51,492 nucleotides of DNA from Pseudomonas synxantha (GCA_945874835.1 CAMCJM010000001.1:1-51492), one strand, 5' to 3'; positions 1 to 10,817 are shown, numbered from the stretch's first letter. Made by a program: numbers and translations. The notes: generated by a model not told the origin, from the sequence alone.

Positions 1-54
1 ATGAAAGGTGAGTCGCTGCGGCGGAAAAACACAGAGGAAGAAGCCGCATCGTGA
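1..54 (+). CDS. istB: C-terminal fragment of IS21 helper ATPase IstB (5' part outside window)
   Basis: Frame +1 reads MKGESLRRKNTEEEAAS*, matching the IstB C-terminal GxSxR motif, directly before the IS end. Confidence 0.7.
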   Translation: MKGESLRRKNTEEEAAS

Positions 55-147
55 CCGATGCGGTTAGAATTTAAACCCCGCGCAATCGGGTGGAGGCACC
101 GGTCACGTTGTTAGCGAAATGAGCGGTCACGTTCACCGAAATCCGCA
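1..147 (+). mobile_element. Right end of an IS21-family insertion sequence (partial)
   Basis: The istB-like tail is followed by two repeats at a 24-bp period (CGGTCACGTT..CGAAAT at 100-120 and 124-142) and a terminal ...ATCCGCA at 147. Multiple subterminal repeats and TG..CA ends are typical of IS21 elements. Confidence 0.8.
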
Positions 148-206
148 GCCATCAGGAAATTCAGGTATGGCGGAGGCCTTGGTCAATAGCTCGCCAAATC
201 GCAGGC

Positions 207-233
207 AAAAAAAAGGGGCAGCTCGCGCTGCCC
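207..233 (-). terminator. rsmZ intrinsic terminator
   Basis: Hairpin GGGCAGC-GCGA-GCTGCCC followed by C and T8 on the minus strand. Confidence 0.9.
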
Positions 234-339
234 ACTCTTTTGTCCCTAGTCCCTGTATTTCCTGCTCATCGCCCTGATGAATCGCATCCTTCGATGTCCT
301 GATTGCCATCCTAGCAACCTGTGCTTGTCCGTGAGCACA
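207..339 (-). ncRNA. rsmZ: RsmZ (PrrB) small RNA that sequesters RsmA/CsrA
   Basis: The minus strand has seven GGA motifs in short stem-loops or single-stranded regions, then ACAGGGACTAGGGA and a terminator. It lies at the canonical position downstream of rpoS and has an upstream GacA box. Confidence 0.93.
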
Positions 340-345
340 GGTGTA

Positions 346-373
346 ATACTAGCGATCTCAGCCTTTCTCACAA
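346..373 (-). promoter_or_regulatory. Putative rsmZ promoter
   Basis: TTGTGA-N16-TAGTAT immediately upstream of the predicted RNA 5' end. Confidence 0.55.
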
Positions 374-413
374 GCGCCGAAAAACCTATCCACAGCGTAA
401 CGTGAAACACTCT

Positions 414-447
414 AAAAAAATAATAATCTATATAAAACAACATGTTA
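414..447. promoter_or_regulatory. AT-rich linker with an IHF-like site
   Basis: A-tract at 414-420 plus AAACAA-CATG-TTA at 435-447, one mismatch to WATCAA-N4-TTR. IHF binding in rsmZ promoters is established. Confidence 0.45.
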
Positions 448-501
448 GAAGAATGTCAGGTGTTCAGCTTGCCAATCAGCAGAAGTTTAGCTTACGCGCG
501 C

Positions 502-519
502 CGTAAGCAATGGCTTACA
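502..519. promoter_or_regulatory. GacA box upstream of rsmZ
   Basis: CGTAAG-CAATGG-CTTACA versus the consensus TGTAAG-N6-CTTACA, at about -163 to -180 from the predicted start. Confidence 0.88.
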
Positions 520-573
520 CAGCTGCTCGCAAAAAGGCTAAGACTGATTTCTGAGGCGGTAAGACGGCCCAAC

Positions 574-595
574 AAAAACCCGGCCGAAGCCGGGT
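574..595 (-). terminator. rpoS intrinsic terminator
   Basis: Stem ACCCGGC-TTCG-GCCGGGT plus a T tract on the minus strand just after the rpoS stop. Confidence 0.85.
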
Positions 596-616
596 ATAAG
601 GTGTGGCCGCGAGCGC

Positions 617-1627
617 TCACTGAAATAGAGACTCACTCGACAGGCCATTCTTTTCGAAGATCTCACGCAGCCGCTTGAGCGCCTCAACCTGAATCTGCCG
701 AACGCGCTCGCGGGTCAAGCCAATCTCCTGGCCGACTTCTTCCAGGGTGCAGCTTTCATGACCACGAAGGCCGAAGCGGCGGATAACCACCTCGCGCTGC
801 TTTTCAGTCAGATCAGACAACCACTGATCAATGCTCTGCGACAAATCATCATTCTGTAGCAATTCGCACGGGTCGGTAGGACGATCATCGGTCAGGGTAT
901 CGAGCAGGGTTTTATCCGAGTCCTGGCCAAGCGACACGTCAACGGAGGAAACGCGCTCATTCAGACCGAGCATGCGCTTCACTTCTGCGACTGGCTTTTC
1001 CAGCAGGTTGGCAATTTCTTCAGCGGAAGGCTCGTGGTCGAGCTTCTGGGTCAATTCACGGGCTGCACGCAGGTAAACGTTCAGTTCTTTAACCACATGA
1101 ATGGGTAAGCGAATGGTACGGGTCTGATTCATGATCGCCCGCTCAATGGTCTGGCGGATCCACCAGGTGGCGTAGGTTGAAAAACGGAAGCCACGCTCGG
1201 GGTCAAACTTTTCAACGGCGCGGATAAGGCCGAGGTTGCCTTCTTCAATCAGGTCCAACAGGGACAAGCCACGATTGACGTAGCGCCGGGCAACTTTCAC
1301 CACCAAGCGCAGATTGCTTTCAATCATGCGTTTACGACCCGCCGGATCGCCCTTTTGCGCCAAACGGGCAAAATGGACTTCTTCTTGAGGGGTCAGGAGG
1401 GGGGAAAAACCGATTTCATTGAGATACAGCTGCGTGGCATCAAGCGCGCGGGTGTAATCAATGTATTTATGCTGTTTGCTGCCAGCTGTGGAAGCCTTGG
1501 CTTTGCTGCGGGCTACTGGCGATTGCACTTCTTCGTCTGAATCATCGTCAAGAACGATCGCTGACTCCATGAGCAGCACTTCATCATCGACATCAAACTC
1601 CGGCACTTCTTTTTTATTGAGAGCCAT
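617..1627 (-). CDS. rpoS: RNA polymerase sigma factor RpoS
   Basis: Motifs [29 protein letters not shown] and RERVRQIQ; start set at MALNKK; lies downstream of nlpD. Confidence 0.98.
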   Translation of the reverse strand: MALNKKEVPEFDVDDEVLLMESAIVLDDDSDEEVQSPVARSKAKASTAGSKQHKYIDYTRALDATQLYLNEIGFSPLLTPQEEVHFARLAQKGDPAGRKRMIESNLRLVVKVARRYVNRGLSLLDLIEEGNLGLIRAVEKFDPERGFRFSTYATWWIRQTIERAIMNQTRTIRLPIHVVKELNVYLRAARELTQKLDHEPSAEEIANLLEKPVAEVKRMLGLNERVSSVDVSLGQDSDKTLLDTLTDDRPTDPCELLQNDDLSQSIDQWLSDLTEKQREVVIRRFGLRGHESCTLEEVGQEIGLTRERVRQIQVEALKRLREIFEKNGLSSESLFQ

Positions 1628-1731
1628 TTTTATTTTCCTTGCTGAGTTCGACAGCAAGCTCATGCGCGACCAAATCCCTGGTTACACCCGAGCCTGTCCC
1701 GCCCACGTGGTGGAGACAGGTCGGTAAGAGG

Positions 1732-2583
1732 TCAGCGACGCGGCAAGTATTGCAACGGATCTACAGGTTTACCTTGGCGGCGCACTTCAAAGTGCAGTTT
1801 CACCCGGTCGGTTCCTGTGGAACCCATTTCGGCAATTTTATGCCCAGCCTTGACCTTCTGCCCCTCCTGCACCAACAACCTGCGGTTATGACCGTAGGCA
1901 CTTACGTAGGTATCGCTGTGTTTGATGATTACCAACTCACCGTAGCCCCGTAACCCACTCCCGGCGTAGACCACTGAACCATCAGACGCAGCCAAAACAG
2001 GCTGTCCCAATTCACCGGCTATATCAATGCCTTTATTCAAACTGCCGTTTGAGGAAAAACGTCCGATAACCGCTCCACTGGAAGGCCATATCCACCCTAA
2101 AGCAGAGCGCTGGGTTGGCGGCAGCGGCGTAACACTGGACGGCGTTTTAACGGGTGCAGGCGGTTGAGTTTGTGCAGGACGCGTCTGCGGCGGAGTACTT
2201 GGACGGCTGGCTGGCGGCACCACAGGCGCGGTTGCGATAACTGGCGGGCGATACGCCGGCTGGCCGTCAAATCGAATAATCTGCCCGACCCGAATCAAAT
2301 AAGGCGGGACAATACCGTTGCGTGCAGCCAGCGCTTTCCAGTCCCAGCCAAAGCGGAAGGCGATTGAATAAAGTGTATCGCCACGTTGCACCTGGTACTG
2401 ACCACTGGTAACGGGTTGGCGCTGCACCTGACTCACAGCGCCAGACTGATTGCGATCGACAACTTTCACACCACCCGGAGGCGAGCTGGCACAGGCACTA
2501 AGCAGTGCGCAAAACACAAGACCACTCAACAGGCTGCGGGCACCGCTGGCGCGAATCGGCAATTGAATGGCTGTGAAACTCAC
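1732..2583 (-). CDS. nlpD: Lipoprotein NlpD (LysM plus M23 peptidase-like domain)
   Basis: Lipobox LLSAC, LysM motif GDTLYSIA, Pro-rich linker and M23 motifs NKGIDI and LHFEVR. GTG start chosen from the GGGAG RBS; the ATG at 2589 is an alternative. Confidence 0.95.
   Translation of the reverse strand: MSFTAIQLPIRASGARSLLSGLVFCALLSACASSPPGGVKVVDRNQSGAVSQVQRQPVTSGQYQVQRGDTLYSIAFRFGWDWKALAARNGIVPPYLIRVGQIIRFDGQPAYRPPVIATAPVVPPASRPSTPPQTRPAQTQPPAPVKTPSSVTPLPPTQRSALGWIWPSSGAVIGRFSSNGSLNKGIDIAGELGQPVLAASDGSVVYAGSGLRGYGELVIIKHSDTYVSAYGHNRRLLVQEGQKVKAGHKIAEMGSTGTDRVKLHFEVRRQGKPVDPLQYLPRR
2038..2051. promoter_or_regulatory. PsrA operator at the nlpD-internal rpoS promoter
   Basis: CAAAC-TGCC-GTTTG fits (C/G)AAAC-N2-4-GTTT(G/C) and overlaps TTGAAT on the minus strand (2035-2040). 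This is the established Pseudomonas arrangement. Confidence 0.75.
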
Positions 2584-2650
2584 CTGCATCTCCCTCGGGT
2601 AGTAGCAAAACGGCCTATCAGCCTGCTGGCTGGCGTGCATTGTGCCGCAA

Positions 2651-3589
2651 TTATGGCTTTTCACCAGCGCTTTGCGGGTGGCGTGCAGCCAGCCACTCCA
2701 GCCCCAACACCAGAACAATCCCAGCAACAGCAAGGCCAATCGCCAACAAAAGCTGCGGATCCTGACCACTGAGTTGAGCAAATTGCTCGGGCCACAGACT
2801 GGTCTGTAAAACGGGCACCTGTTCGCCCTGACTATCGGTGCGCCACGTGAGGGTTTGCTTCCACGGCCAGATTTTATTCAGCGAACCAATCATCAGCCCC
2901 GTCAGAAAGGTCAATGTAAGGTCGCGCCAGCGAACCAGCAGCCAACGCAGAATACCGGCGAAACTGACGAGACCAACCAAACAGCCACTGGCAAAAATCA
3001 GCAACACCGTAATATCCAGGCCTTTAACTGCCGTCAGTACAAAACTGTAAAGCCCAAGCAGTACCAGAATAAAACTGCCGGAAATACCCGGCAGAATCAT
3101 TGCGCAAATGGCGATAGCCCCGGCAAGGAACAAGCTGAGCGGGTCGTGACCCAACTGCAGCGGAGAGGCCACAGTGATCCAGTAAGCGAATGCCACACCC
3201 AAGAGCAAGCTGAACACTCGTGAGCCATTCCAGCGTTGCACTTCGCGCACCACCAAATGGGTGGAGACCAGAATCAGGCCAAAGAAAAATGACCAGACAG
3301 GAATGGGGTGTTCGGCCAACAGATAAGTGATAACCCGCGCCAGACTGACAACGCTGGTCATAATCCCCAGCAGCAGTATCAGCAAAAAGGTCGCGTTTGC
3401 AGCTTTCCAGGCCTCAACAATGCGGCCACGCAAAAACAACCCCATAGCAGCGGGCACGCTGGCGATGGAACGCAGCAACTCGTCGTAAATGCCGGTGATA
3501 AACGCCACCGTACCACCCGAAACACCGGGAACCACATCAGCAGCGCCCATGGCGACGCCCTTGGCGAACAGAAGAAGAGTGTTTTTCAT
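2651..3589 (-). CDS. DUF368 membrane protein (undecaprenyl-phosphate translocase family)
   Basis: Repeated motifs MGAADVVPGVSGGT and AMILPGISGS with multiple transmembrane segments. Confidence 0.9.
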   Translation of the reverse strand: MKNTLLLFAKGVAMGAADVVPGVSGGTVAFITGIYDELLRSIASVPAAMGLFLRGRIVEAWKAANATFLLILLLGIMTSVVSLARVITYLLAEHPIPVWSFFFGLILVSTHLVVREVQRWNGSRVFSLLLGVAFAYWITVASPLQLGHDPLSLFLAGAIAICAMILPGISGSFILVLLGLYSFVLTAVKGLDITVLLIFASGCLVGLVSFAGILRWLLVRWRDLTLTFLTGLMIGSLNKIWPWKQTLTWRTDSQGEQVPVLQTSLWPEQFAQLSGQDPQLLLAIGLAVAGIVLVLGLEWLAARHPQSAGEKP

Positions 3590-3612
3590 GGGTTCATCCG
3601 TAAACAATCAGA

Positions 3613-4293
3613 TCAGGCCAGTGGGCCGTTAAGCAAAGGCACAAAACGTACCGCATCCAACACATGACGCGAGTAACCGTCTTCTTCACGGACGATCAGG
3701 AGCAGCTCCTGAACATCGCCCGCACCGACTGGAATAACCAGCCGTCCACCCAGCGCCAGCTGATCCAATAATGCCTGTGGCACATTGGCGGCGGCGGCAG
3801 TGACGATAATGCCGTTGTAAGGGCCTAAGGCATTCCAGCCTTCCCAGCCATCACCCCAGCGAAATACCACGTTGCGCAGATTCAGTTCAGTCAGACGTTC
3901 CTTGGCTTTATCCTGCAGGCCCTGTATGCGCTCGACACTGAAGACCCGCTCGACCAACTGCGCGAGTATCGCGGTCTGGTAACCCGAGCCGGTGCCGATT
4001 TCCAGCACCTTGTCCAGCGGACCGGCGGCCAGCAGCAACTCGCTCATCCGCGCGACCATATAAGGCTGCGAGATGGTCTGGTTATTGCCGATAGGTAAGG
4101 CGGTGTCTTCGTAGGCGCGATGGGCCAGGGCCTCATCTACAAACAAATGACGCGGCGTTCGGCGGATGGTTTCCAGCACGTGGGCGTTGGACAACCCCTC
4201 TTCATAGAGGCGCTGAATCAGGCGCTCACGGGTGCGCTGTGAGGTCATGCCGATGCCGCGATGCTGCAATTCGTCTTGTTCTCGGCGGATCAC
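3613..4293 (-). CDS. pcm: Protein-L-isoaspartate O-methyltransferase
   Basis: Motifs QTISQPY and [11 protein letters not shown]. The start may instead be the ATG at 4248. Confidence 0.96.
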   Translation of the reverse strand: MIRREQDELQHRGIGMTSQRTRERLIQRLYEEGLSNAHVLETIRRTPRHLFVDEALAHRAYEDTALPIGNNQTISQPYMVARMSELLLAAGPLDKVLEIGTGSGYQTAILAQLVERVFSVERIQGLQDKAKERLTELNLRNVVFRWGDGWEGWNALGPYNGIIVTAAAANVPQALLDQLALGGRLVIPVGAGDVQELLLIVREEDGYSRHVLDAVRFVPLLNGPLA

Positions 4294-5039
4294 AGCAGAC
4301 CCTCCAGCCAGGGCTGCAAGCTGTTGAAACCATCGGCAAAGGTGCGGTCGAGTTGCAACGGGGTGACTGACACATAGCCTTGCATCACCGCATGGAAGTC
4401 CGTGCCCGGCCCGCCGTCTTCAGCATCACCAGCCACGGAAATCCAATAGCCTTCCTTACCGCGCGGGTTAACCACCTTGACCGGAGCGGCGGCGCGGGCG
4501 CGATGGCCCAAGCGCGTCAGCTGGATGCCGCGGATATGTTCCAGCGGCAGGTTGGGGATGTTCACATTGAGCACGGTGCGCGGCGGCAGGTCGAGTTGCT
4601 CGTGCGCTTCAACCAACTTGCGGGCGAAATACGCGGCGGTCGGCAGGTTATCCGGCAGGCGTGACAGCAGCGAAAAAGCAAACGCCGGACGCGCCAGAAA
4701 GCGGCCCTCCAGAGCCGCCGCAACCGTGCCGGAATACAGCACGTCATCACCCAGATTGGCACCCAGGTTGATACCCGACACCACCAAGTCCGTTTCATGC
4801 GACAACAGGCCATTAAGCCCCAAATGCACACAATCGGTCGGCGTGCCGTTTAGGCTGATATAGCCGTTGGGCAGCGTGCTGGGGTGCAGCGGGCGATCGA
4901 GGGTCAGCGAACTGCTCGCGCCGCTCTTGTCCTGATCAGGAGCAATCACCGTGCACAGTGCATAGTCAGCGAGCGCCGCATGCAGCGCAGCGAGGCCTGG
5001 CGCAGCAACGCCGTCATCATTGGAAATCAGAATACGCAT
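4290..5039 (-). CDS. surE: 5'/3'-nucleotidase SurE
   Basis: Motifs [23 protein letters not shown] and YSGTVAAA. Confidence 0.97.
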   Translation of the reverse strand: MRILISNDDGVAAPGLAALHAALADYALCTVIAPDQDKSGASSSLTLDRPLHPSTLPNGYISLNGTPTDCVHLGLNGLLSHETDLVVSGINLGANLGDDVLYSGTVAAALEGRFLARPAFAFSLLSRLPDNLPTAAYFARKLVEAHEQLDLPPRTVLNVNIPNLPLEHIRGIQLTRLGHRARAAAPVKVVNPRGKEGYWISVAGDAEDGGPGTDFHAVMQGYVSVTPLQLDRTFADGFNSLQPWLEGLL

Positions 5040-6085
5040 GGGTTGTCCGTCTGCCCTGCAGGCAACAGATCGACGAGCTCACGCACCAAGACGGTGGCAA
5101 AGCATCCAGCCGGCAGGACGAATTCCAGTTGCAGAATGTCAGGCTCGGGATAATGCCACGACAAGCCGGCAATGGGGAGGCGCAGGATACGCCGTTCGTG
5201 CGTCATACCTGCTTCTGCCAACCAGTCGACCAAGACGCCTTCGCGCGCAGCCAGTTCCTGTTCCAGCATTTGCGCCACACCTTCAGCACTGGACTGCCCC
5301 GCCCCCCAGAGTGGCCCGGTTGGGTGCAGATCAAGAATGGTCAGACGCGGATCGTTGCACTCGGCCTCACCCGCAGGGAAGAAGCTGCGGCTGTCGGTAA
5401 AGGCCAACAGATCACCGAGCAGCGCCTGATTCCAGGTGCCGGCGGCTACGCGCTCGGCCAACACTTGGTTGAATAGATAGCTGCGCGCCGCCGAGAGCAC
5501 CCGTGAACGCACATTGCGCTTCTCCGGTAAGCTGTTGTTCGCGGCAAAATGCCGGGCATGGGCGACGTTGCCGCCTTCGTGGCCAAAGCGCTGCAAACCG
5601 TAATAGTTGGGAATGCCCTGAGCCGCGATTTGCGTCAGGCGTTGATCCAGTGCCGCGCGATCCGCGACCAGCTGAGTCAGGCGCAGGGCAAAGCCGTTGG
5701 CCGCATGCGCGCCGCGCTGCAGCTTACGGGTATGCCGCACCTGCTTGAGGATGCTCAGGCTGGCATCTTCGGCAGCGCTCAAATCGGGATCGACCTTGCC
5801 CCGCAGGTGAAGGCTGAACCACTGACGGGTCAGGGCCTGACGATCCTTAAGGCCGGCATAGCTGATCAAGCGGATTGGCACACCGGCAGCACGGGCGATG
5901 CGTTTGGCGGCTTCTTCGGTGTTCAGCTCGCGCTTTTCCACCCACAACCAGAGGTGCTCACCTTCACCGGCCAGGGGAATATCCAGCACTTCATCGACCT
6001 GAAAGTCTTCCGCCACGGCCTTGAGTACCGCAGTACCGCAGGGCGCGCCATGGGCCCGCTGGCCTAATAATTCGAGTTCGTTCAT
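5027..6085 (-). CDS. truD: tRNA pseudouridine(13) synthase
   Basis: Motifs [16 protein letters not shown] and [10 protein letters not shown]. Confidence 0.96.
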   Translation of the reverse strand: MNELELLGQRAHGAPCGTAVLKAVAEDFQVDEVLDIPLAGEGEHLWLWVEKRELNTEEAAKRIARAAGVPIRLISYAGLKDRQALTRQWFSLHLRGKVDPDLSAAEDASLSILKQVRHTRKLQRGAHAANGFALRLTQLVADRAALDQRLTQIAAQGIPNYYGLQRFGHEGGNVAHARHFAANNSLPEKRNVRSRVLSAARSYLFNQVLAERVAAGTWNQALLGDLLAFTDSRSFFPAGEAECNDPRLTILDLHPTGPLWGAGQSSAEGVAQMLEQELAAREGVLVDWLAEAGMTHERRILRLPIAGLSWHYPEPDILQLEFVLPAGCFATVLVRELVDLLPAGQTDNPCVF

Positions 6086-6555
6086 CGGGTGACCAACAAC
6101 GCGACAGCATGCACGGCGATACCTTCTTCACGCCCGGTAAAGCCGAGCTTCTCGGTGGTGGTGGCTTTGACGTTGACTTGCTCCAGGCTCACCTGCAGAT
6201 CTTCGGCAATGCGCGTGCGCATGGTCTCGATATGCGGCGCCATCTTCGGTGCCTGGGCGACGATGGTGGCGTCGACATTGCCCACCTGCCAGCCCTTGGC
6301 CTGCATCAGCCCCACAACATGGCGCAGTAAAACGCGGCTGTCGGCACCTTTGAACATTGGGTCGGTGTCAGGAAAATGCTTGCCGATATCACCCAACGCT
6401 GCGGCGCCAAGCAAGGCATCGCTCAGGGCGTGCAGCAGCACGTCTCCATCGGAATGGGCCAGTAGGCCGAACTTATGGGGAATCTGCACGCCGCCCAGGG
6501 TGATGAAATCGCCCTCACCGAAGCGGTGCACATCGTAGCCGTGGCCAATACGCAT
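6082..6555 (-). CDS. ispF: 2-C-methyl-D-erythritol 2,4-cyclodiphosphate synthase
   Basis: Motifs [16 protein letters not shown] and KATTTEKLG. Confidence 0.98.
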   Translation of the reverse strand: MRIGHGYDVHRFGEGDFITLGGVQIPHKFGLLAHSDGDVLLHALSDALLGAAALGDIGKHFPDTDPMFKGADSRVLLRHVVGLMQAKGWQVGNVDATIVAQAPKMAPHIETMRTRIAEDLQVSLEQVNVKATTTEKLGFTGREEGIAVHAVALLVTR

Positions 6556-6563
6556 AAAGAACA

Positions 6564-6586
6564 ACGCCCTGAAAAAGTCAGGGCGT
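6564..6586 (-). terminator. Terminator-like hairpin between fghA and ispF
   Basis: 9-bp stem ACGCCCTGA/TCAGGGCGT followed by TGTTCTTT on the minus strand. Confidence 0.5.
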
Positions 6587-6606
6587 GATTCTAACCGTAT
6601 TGCAGG

Positions 6607-6657
6607 GTAGCTCGGACGAAATCCGGGCGATGAATTTCCCGGATTCAGCCAGCCTAC
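6607..6657. repeat. Degenerate GTAG-type REP doublet
   Basis: Inverted pair GTAGCTCGGACGAAATCCGGG ... CCCGGATTCAGCCAGCCTAC with GTAG/CTAC ends. Confidence 0.55.
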
Positions 6658-7502
6658 GATTGGCGCAATGCCGCCGCGTGATGGCGTAAGTGGTCGTCAA
6701 TAAAACTGGCGATAAAGTAGTAGCTATGGTCGTAACCCGGCTGAAGGCGCAGGGTCAGCGGGTGACCGGCGGCCTGGGCGGCGGCTTTGAGCGCATCGGG
6801 CTTGAGCTGGCTTTCGAGAAAATCATCTCGATCACCCTGATCAACCAGAATCGGCAGCTTCTCCGTCGCCTCGGCAAGCAAGGCGCAAGCATCCCATTCA
6901 CGCCAGCGCGAGCGCTCATCACCGAGGTAGCGCGAGAAGGCCTTCTCGCCCCAAGGGCAGTTGCTCGGGTTGCTGATCGGGGCAAATGCCGACAGCGAGT
7001 GATAGCGCCCCGGATTGCGCAACGCGCAGATCAGCGCACCGTGCCCACCCATGGAGTGGCCGCTGATGCCGCGCCGGTCAGAGACCGGGAAGTTAGCCTC
7101 GATCAGCGCGGGCAATTCCTGCACCACGTAGTCGTACATGCAGTAATGACGCGCCCAAGGTTGCTGAGCGGCGTTGAGGTAAAAACCTGCGCCCAAACCA
7201 AAATCCCAGGCTTTATCTGGATCATCCGGCACATCAGTGCCGCGCGGGCTGGTGTCGGGCGCGACGATAATCAGCCCCAACTCAGCAGCCAGCTTGTGTG
7301 CGCCCGCCTTCTGCATAAAGTTCTCATCGGTGCAGGTCAGACCGCTCAGCCAATACAGCACCGGCAGCTCTTCGCCCTGTTCCGCCTGCGGCGGCAAATA
7401 CACGGCGAACACCATGTCGCAACCGAGCACCGCTGAGTGATGGCGATAACGTTTGTGCCAGCCGCCAGCGCTTTTATTGCTTGAAAAAATTTCCAGGCTC
7501 AC
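6654..7502 (-). CDS. fghA: S-formylglutathione hydrolase
   Basis: Motifs LSGLTC, GHSMGG (catalytic Ser) and [11 protein letters not shown] start with a GGAGG RBS. Confidence 0.95.
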   Translation of the reverse strand: MSLEIFSSNKSAGGWHKRYRHHSAVLGCDMVFAVYLPPQAEQGEELPVLYWLSGLTCTDENFMQKAGAHKLAAELGLIIVAPDTSPRGTDVPDDPDKAWDFGLGAGFYLNAAQQPWARHYCMYDYVVQELPALIEANFPVSDRRGISGHSMGGHGALICALRNPGRYHSLSAFAPISNPSNCPWGEKAFSRYLGDERSRWREWDACALLAEATEKLPILVDQGDRDDFLESQLKPDALKAAAQAAGHPLTLRLQPGYDHSYYFIASFIDDHLRHHAAALRQS

Positions 7503-7572
7503 CGCCCCTCCGTGCCACCCGGCACAGCCAGGCAATTGCTCACCTGGCGCGCGCAGCGGGTCGCTGCAGCTA

Positions 7573-8703
<1,131 letters not shown>

Positions 8704-8858
8704 TCAACAGTGGCGCAGAGTCTAGATCAGCGCTCCACAATAGATAATCAAGCAAAATACAAAACATTATTGCCATACAGGGATAATCTCTGACGCAGGC
8801 GATTAGAATGTGGCGCTGACCCGCTGACTGATAGCGCGATTAGAAAGAGGACGACTCA

Positions 8859-9767
8859 ATGAATGGCTGGGAAGGGGTAGATGAGTTTGTCGCGGTGGCC
8901 GAATGCGGCCAATTCAGCGCCGCCGCGCAGCGCTTGGGCGTATCGTCCTCACAGATCAGCCGACAGATCGCCCGCCTGGAAGAACGCCTGCAAACCCGCT
9001 TGTTTTATCGCAGCACCCGACGCGTAGCGCTCACCGAAGCCGGGCAGACGTTCCTGCAACACTGCCAGCGCCTGCAAGATGGTCGTGAAGAAGCGCTGCG
9101 CGCGGTAGGCGATCTGGGCAGTGAACCCAAGGGCTTGCTGCGCATGACCTGCGCAGTGGCCTACGGTGAGCGTTTTATCGCGCCATTGGTGACCGACTTT
9201 ATGCTGCAACACCCACAACTGCGGGTGGACATTGAACTGAGCAACCGCACCCTCGACCTGCTGCAAGAGGGGCTGGACTTGGCCATCCGCCTCGGCCGCT
9301 TGCAGGACTCACGCCTAGTCGCCACGCGCCTGGCCCCAAGGCAGATGTACCTGTGCGCTGCGCCCGCCTACCTGCAGCGCTACGGCCGCCCCCATTCACT
9401 CTCGGAGTTGAGTCGGCACAATTGCCTGATCGGCAGTTCGGATACCTGGAATTTTCAAGTCAGCGGGCGCGATGCCAGCCTGCGCGTGCAAGGTAACTGG
9501 CGCTGCAACAGTGGCCAGGCCGTGCTGGAAGCGGCCCTGCGCGGCCTGGGCTTATGTCAGCTGCCGGACTATTACGTGTTGGAACACCTGCACAGCGGCG
9601 CGCTGGTTTCGCTGCTGGATAACCAACAACCGCCGGATACCGCCGTTTGGGCGTTATACCCACAACAGCGGCACTTATCACCCAAAGTGCGGCAGTTGGT
9701 GGACTTCCTCAAACAAGGTTTGGCGCAGCGCAGCGAATATCGTCAGGAGGTCGCCAATGCAACCTAG
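8859..9767 (+). CDS. LysR-family regulator divergent from adhC-fghA
   Basis: LysR HTH (FSAAAQRLGVS..ISRQIARLE..LFYRSTRRVALTEAG) plus a substrate-binding domain. Its stop overlaps the ispD stop (CTAG). Confidence 0.95.
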   Translation: MNGWEGVDEFVAVAECGQFSAAAQRLGVSSSQISRQIARLEERLQTRLFYRSTRRVALTEAGQTFLQHCQRLQDGREEALRAVGDLGSEPKGLLRMTCAVAYGERFIAPLVTDFMLQHPQLRVDIELSNRTLDLLQEGLDLAIRLGRLQDSRLVATRLAPRQMYLCAAPAYLQRYGRPHSLSELSRHNCLIGSSDTWNFQVSGRDASLRVQGNWRCNSGQAVLEAALRGLGLCQLPDYYVLEHLHSGALVSLLDNQQPPDTAVWALYPQQRHLSPKVRQLVDFLKQGLAQRSEYRQEVANAT

Positions 9768-10474
9768 GAACGTCCTTGCCAGAGCCGGTTGAGGCTGAGC
9801 AAATCTTCCGGACGGGTGACTTTCAGGTTATCTGAACGGCCCTCAATCAGCCGTGGCGATTGCCCCGCCCACTCCATGGCCGACGCTTCGTCAGTAATCG
9901 CCACACCAGCCAGCAGCGCATCCGCCAAGGCGCGTTGCAGCTCACCGAGCCGGAACATCTGCGGGGTGAACGCCTGCCAGATAGTCGAGCGATCCACGGT
10001 GCTCTGCACACGGCCATCAGCACCCGCGCGCTTGAGCGTATCGCGCGCAGGCACCGCGAGCAGGCCACCCACGGGGTCCTGCGCCAACTCGCCCAGCAGT
10101 AGATCCAGGTCGCTGCGCGCCAGATTAGGTCGAGCGGCATCGTGCACCAGCACCCAGTCCTGTGCCTGCGCGCCCAATTCACTCAAGCGCAGCAGGCCAC
10201 TGAGCACGGAATCAGCGCGCTCAGCACCGCCGTCGGCACGCTGGATACGTGGATCACGGGCACAACTCAGGCTTGGCCAATACGGATCGTCCGCCGCCAA
10301 GCTAACCACCACAGCACGCAATTGCGGGTGTTCAAGAAAACACGCCAAGGTATGTTCGATGATGCTTTTGCCGGCAAGCGGCAGGTACTGCTTGGGCCGG
10401 TCGGCGCGCATACGACTGCCAATGCCGGCCGCCGGGATCAACGCCCAAAAAGACGGTAATTCAGCGCTATTCAT
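9764..10474 (-). CDS. ispD: 2-C-methyl-D-erythritol 4-phosphate cytidylyltransferase
   Basis: Motifs PAAGIGSRM, PKQY and VLVHDAARP. Confidence 0.97.
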   Translation of the reverse strand: MNSAELPSFWALIPAAGIGSRMRADRPKQYLPLAGKSIIEHTLACFLEHPQLRAVVVSLAADDPYWPSLSCARDPRIQRADGGAERADSVLSGLLRLSELGAQAQDWVLVHDAARPNLARSDLDLLLGELAQDPVGGLLAVPARDTLKRAGADGRVQSTVDRSTIWQAFTPQMFRLGELQRALADALLAGVAITDEASAMEWAGQSPRLIEGRSDNLKVTRPEDLLSLNRLWQGRS

Positions 10475-10752
10475 TCAGCCAACTGATAGAGGGTCTCGCC
10501 CTCTTTAAGCATGCCCAGTTCGTGCCGCGCACGCTCTTCGACGGTTTCCATACCGCTTTTCAGCTCCAGCACTTCGGCTTCGAGAATCCGGTTGCGCTCT
10601 TTCAGCTGCTCATTTTCGCCCTGCTGATCAGCAATCTGCTGCTTAAGCTGAGCCACCTGCGCCAAGCTGCCATCGCCCAGCCACAGGCGATACTGCAGGC
10701 CTGCCAGCAGAGCAATCAGCACAAAAAACACCCAGTAAGAGGTATTACGCAT
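10471..10752 (-). CDS. ftsB: Cell division protein FtsB
   Basis: TM helix, LQYRLWLGDG, coiled coil and EERARHELGM; lies between eno and ispD. Confidence 0.95.
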   Translation of the reverse strand: MRNTSYWVFFVLIALLAGLQYRLWLGDGSLAQVAQLKQQIADQQGENEQLKERNRILEAEVLELKSGMETVEERARHELGMLKEGETLYQLAE

Positions 10753-10773
10753 AACAGGGAGAGATTCCGGACG

Positions 10774-10804
10774 AAAAAAGGGCGACTCACGCCGCCCCTC
10801 TTTT
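10774..10804. terminator. Hairpin with A/T tails between eno and ftsB
   Basis: AAAAAAGGGCGAC-TCAC-GCCGCCCCTCTTTT. Confidence 0.6.
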
Positions 10805-10817
10805 ACCACGCCTTGGG

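Noticed and set aside
246-678. Short ORFs at 246-443, 321-506 and 442-678
   Set aside because: They overlap rsmZ, its promoter and the rpoS terminator and show no protein features.
2100-2270. Pro/Thr/Gln-rich low-complexity stretch
   Set aside because: It is the normal NlpD linker, not a DNA repeat array.
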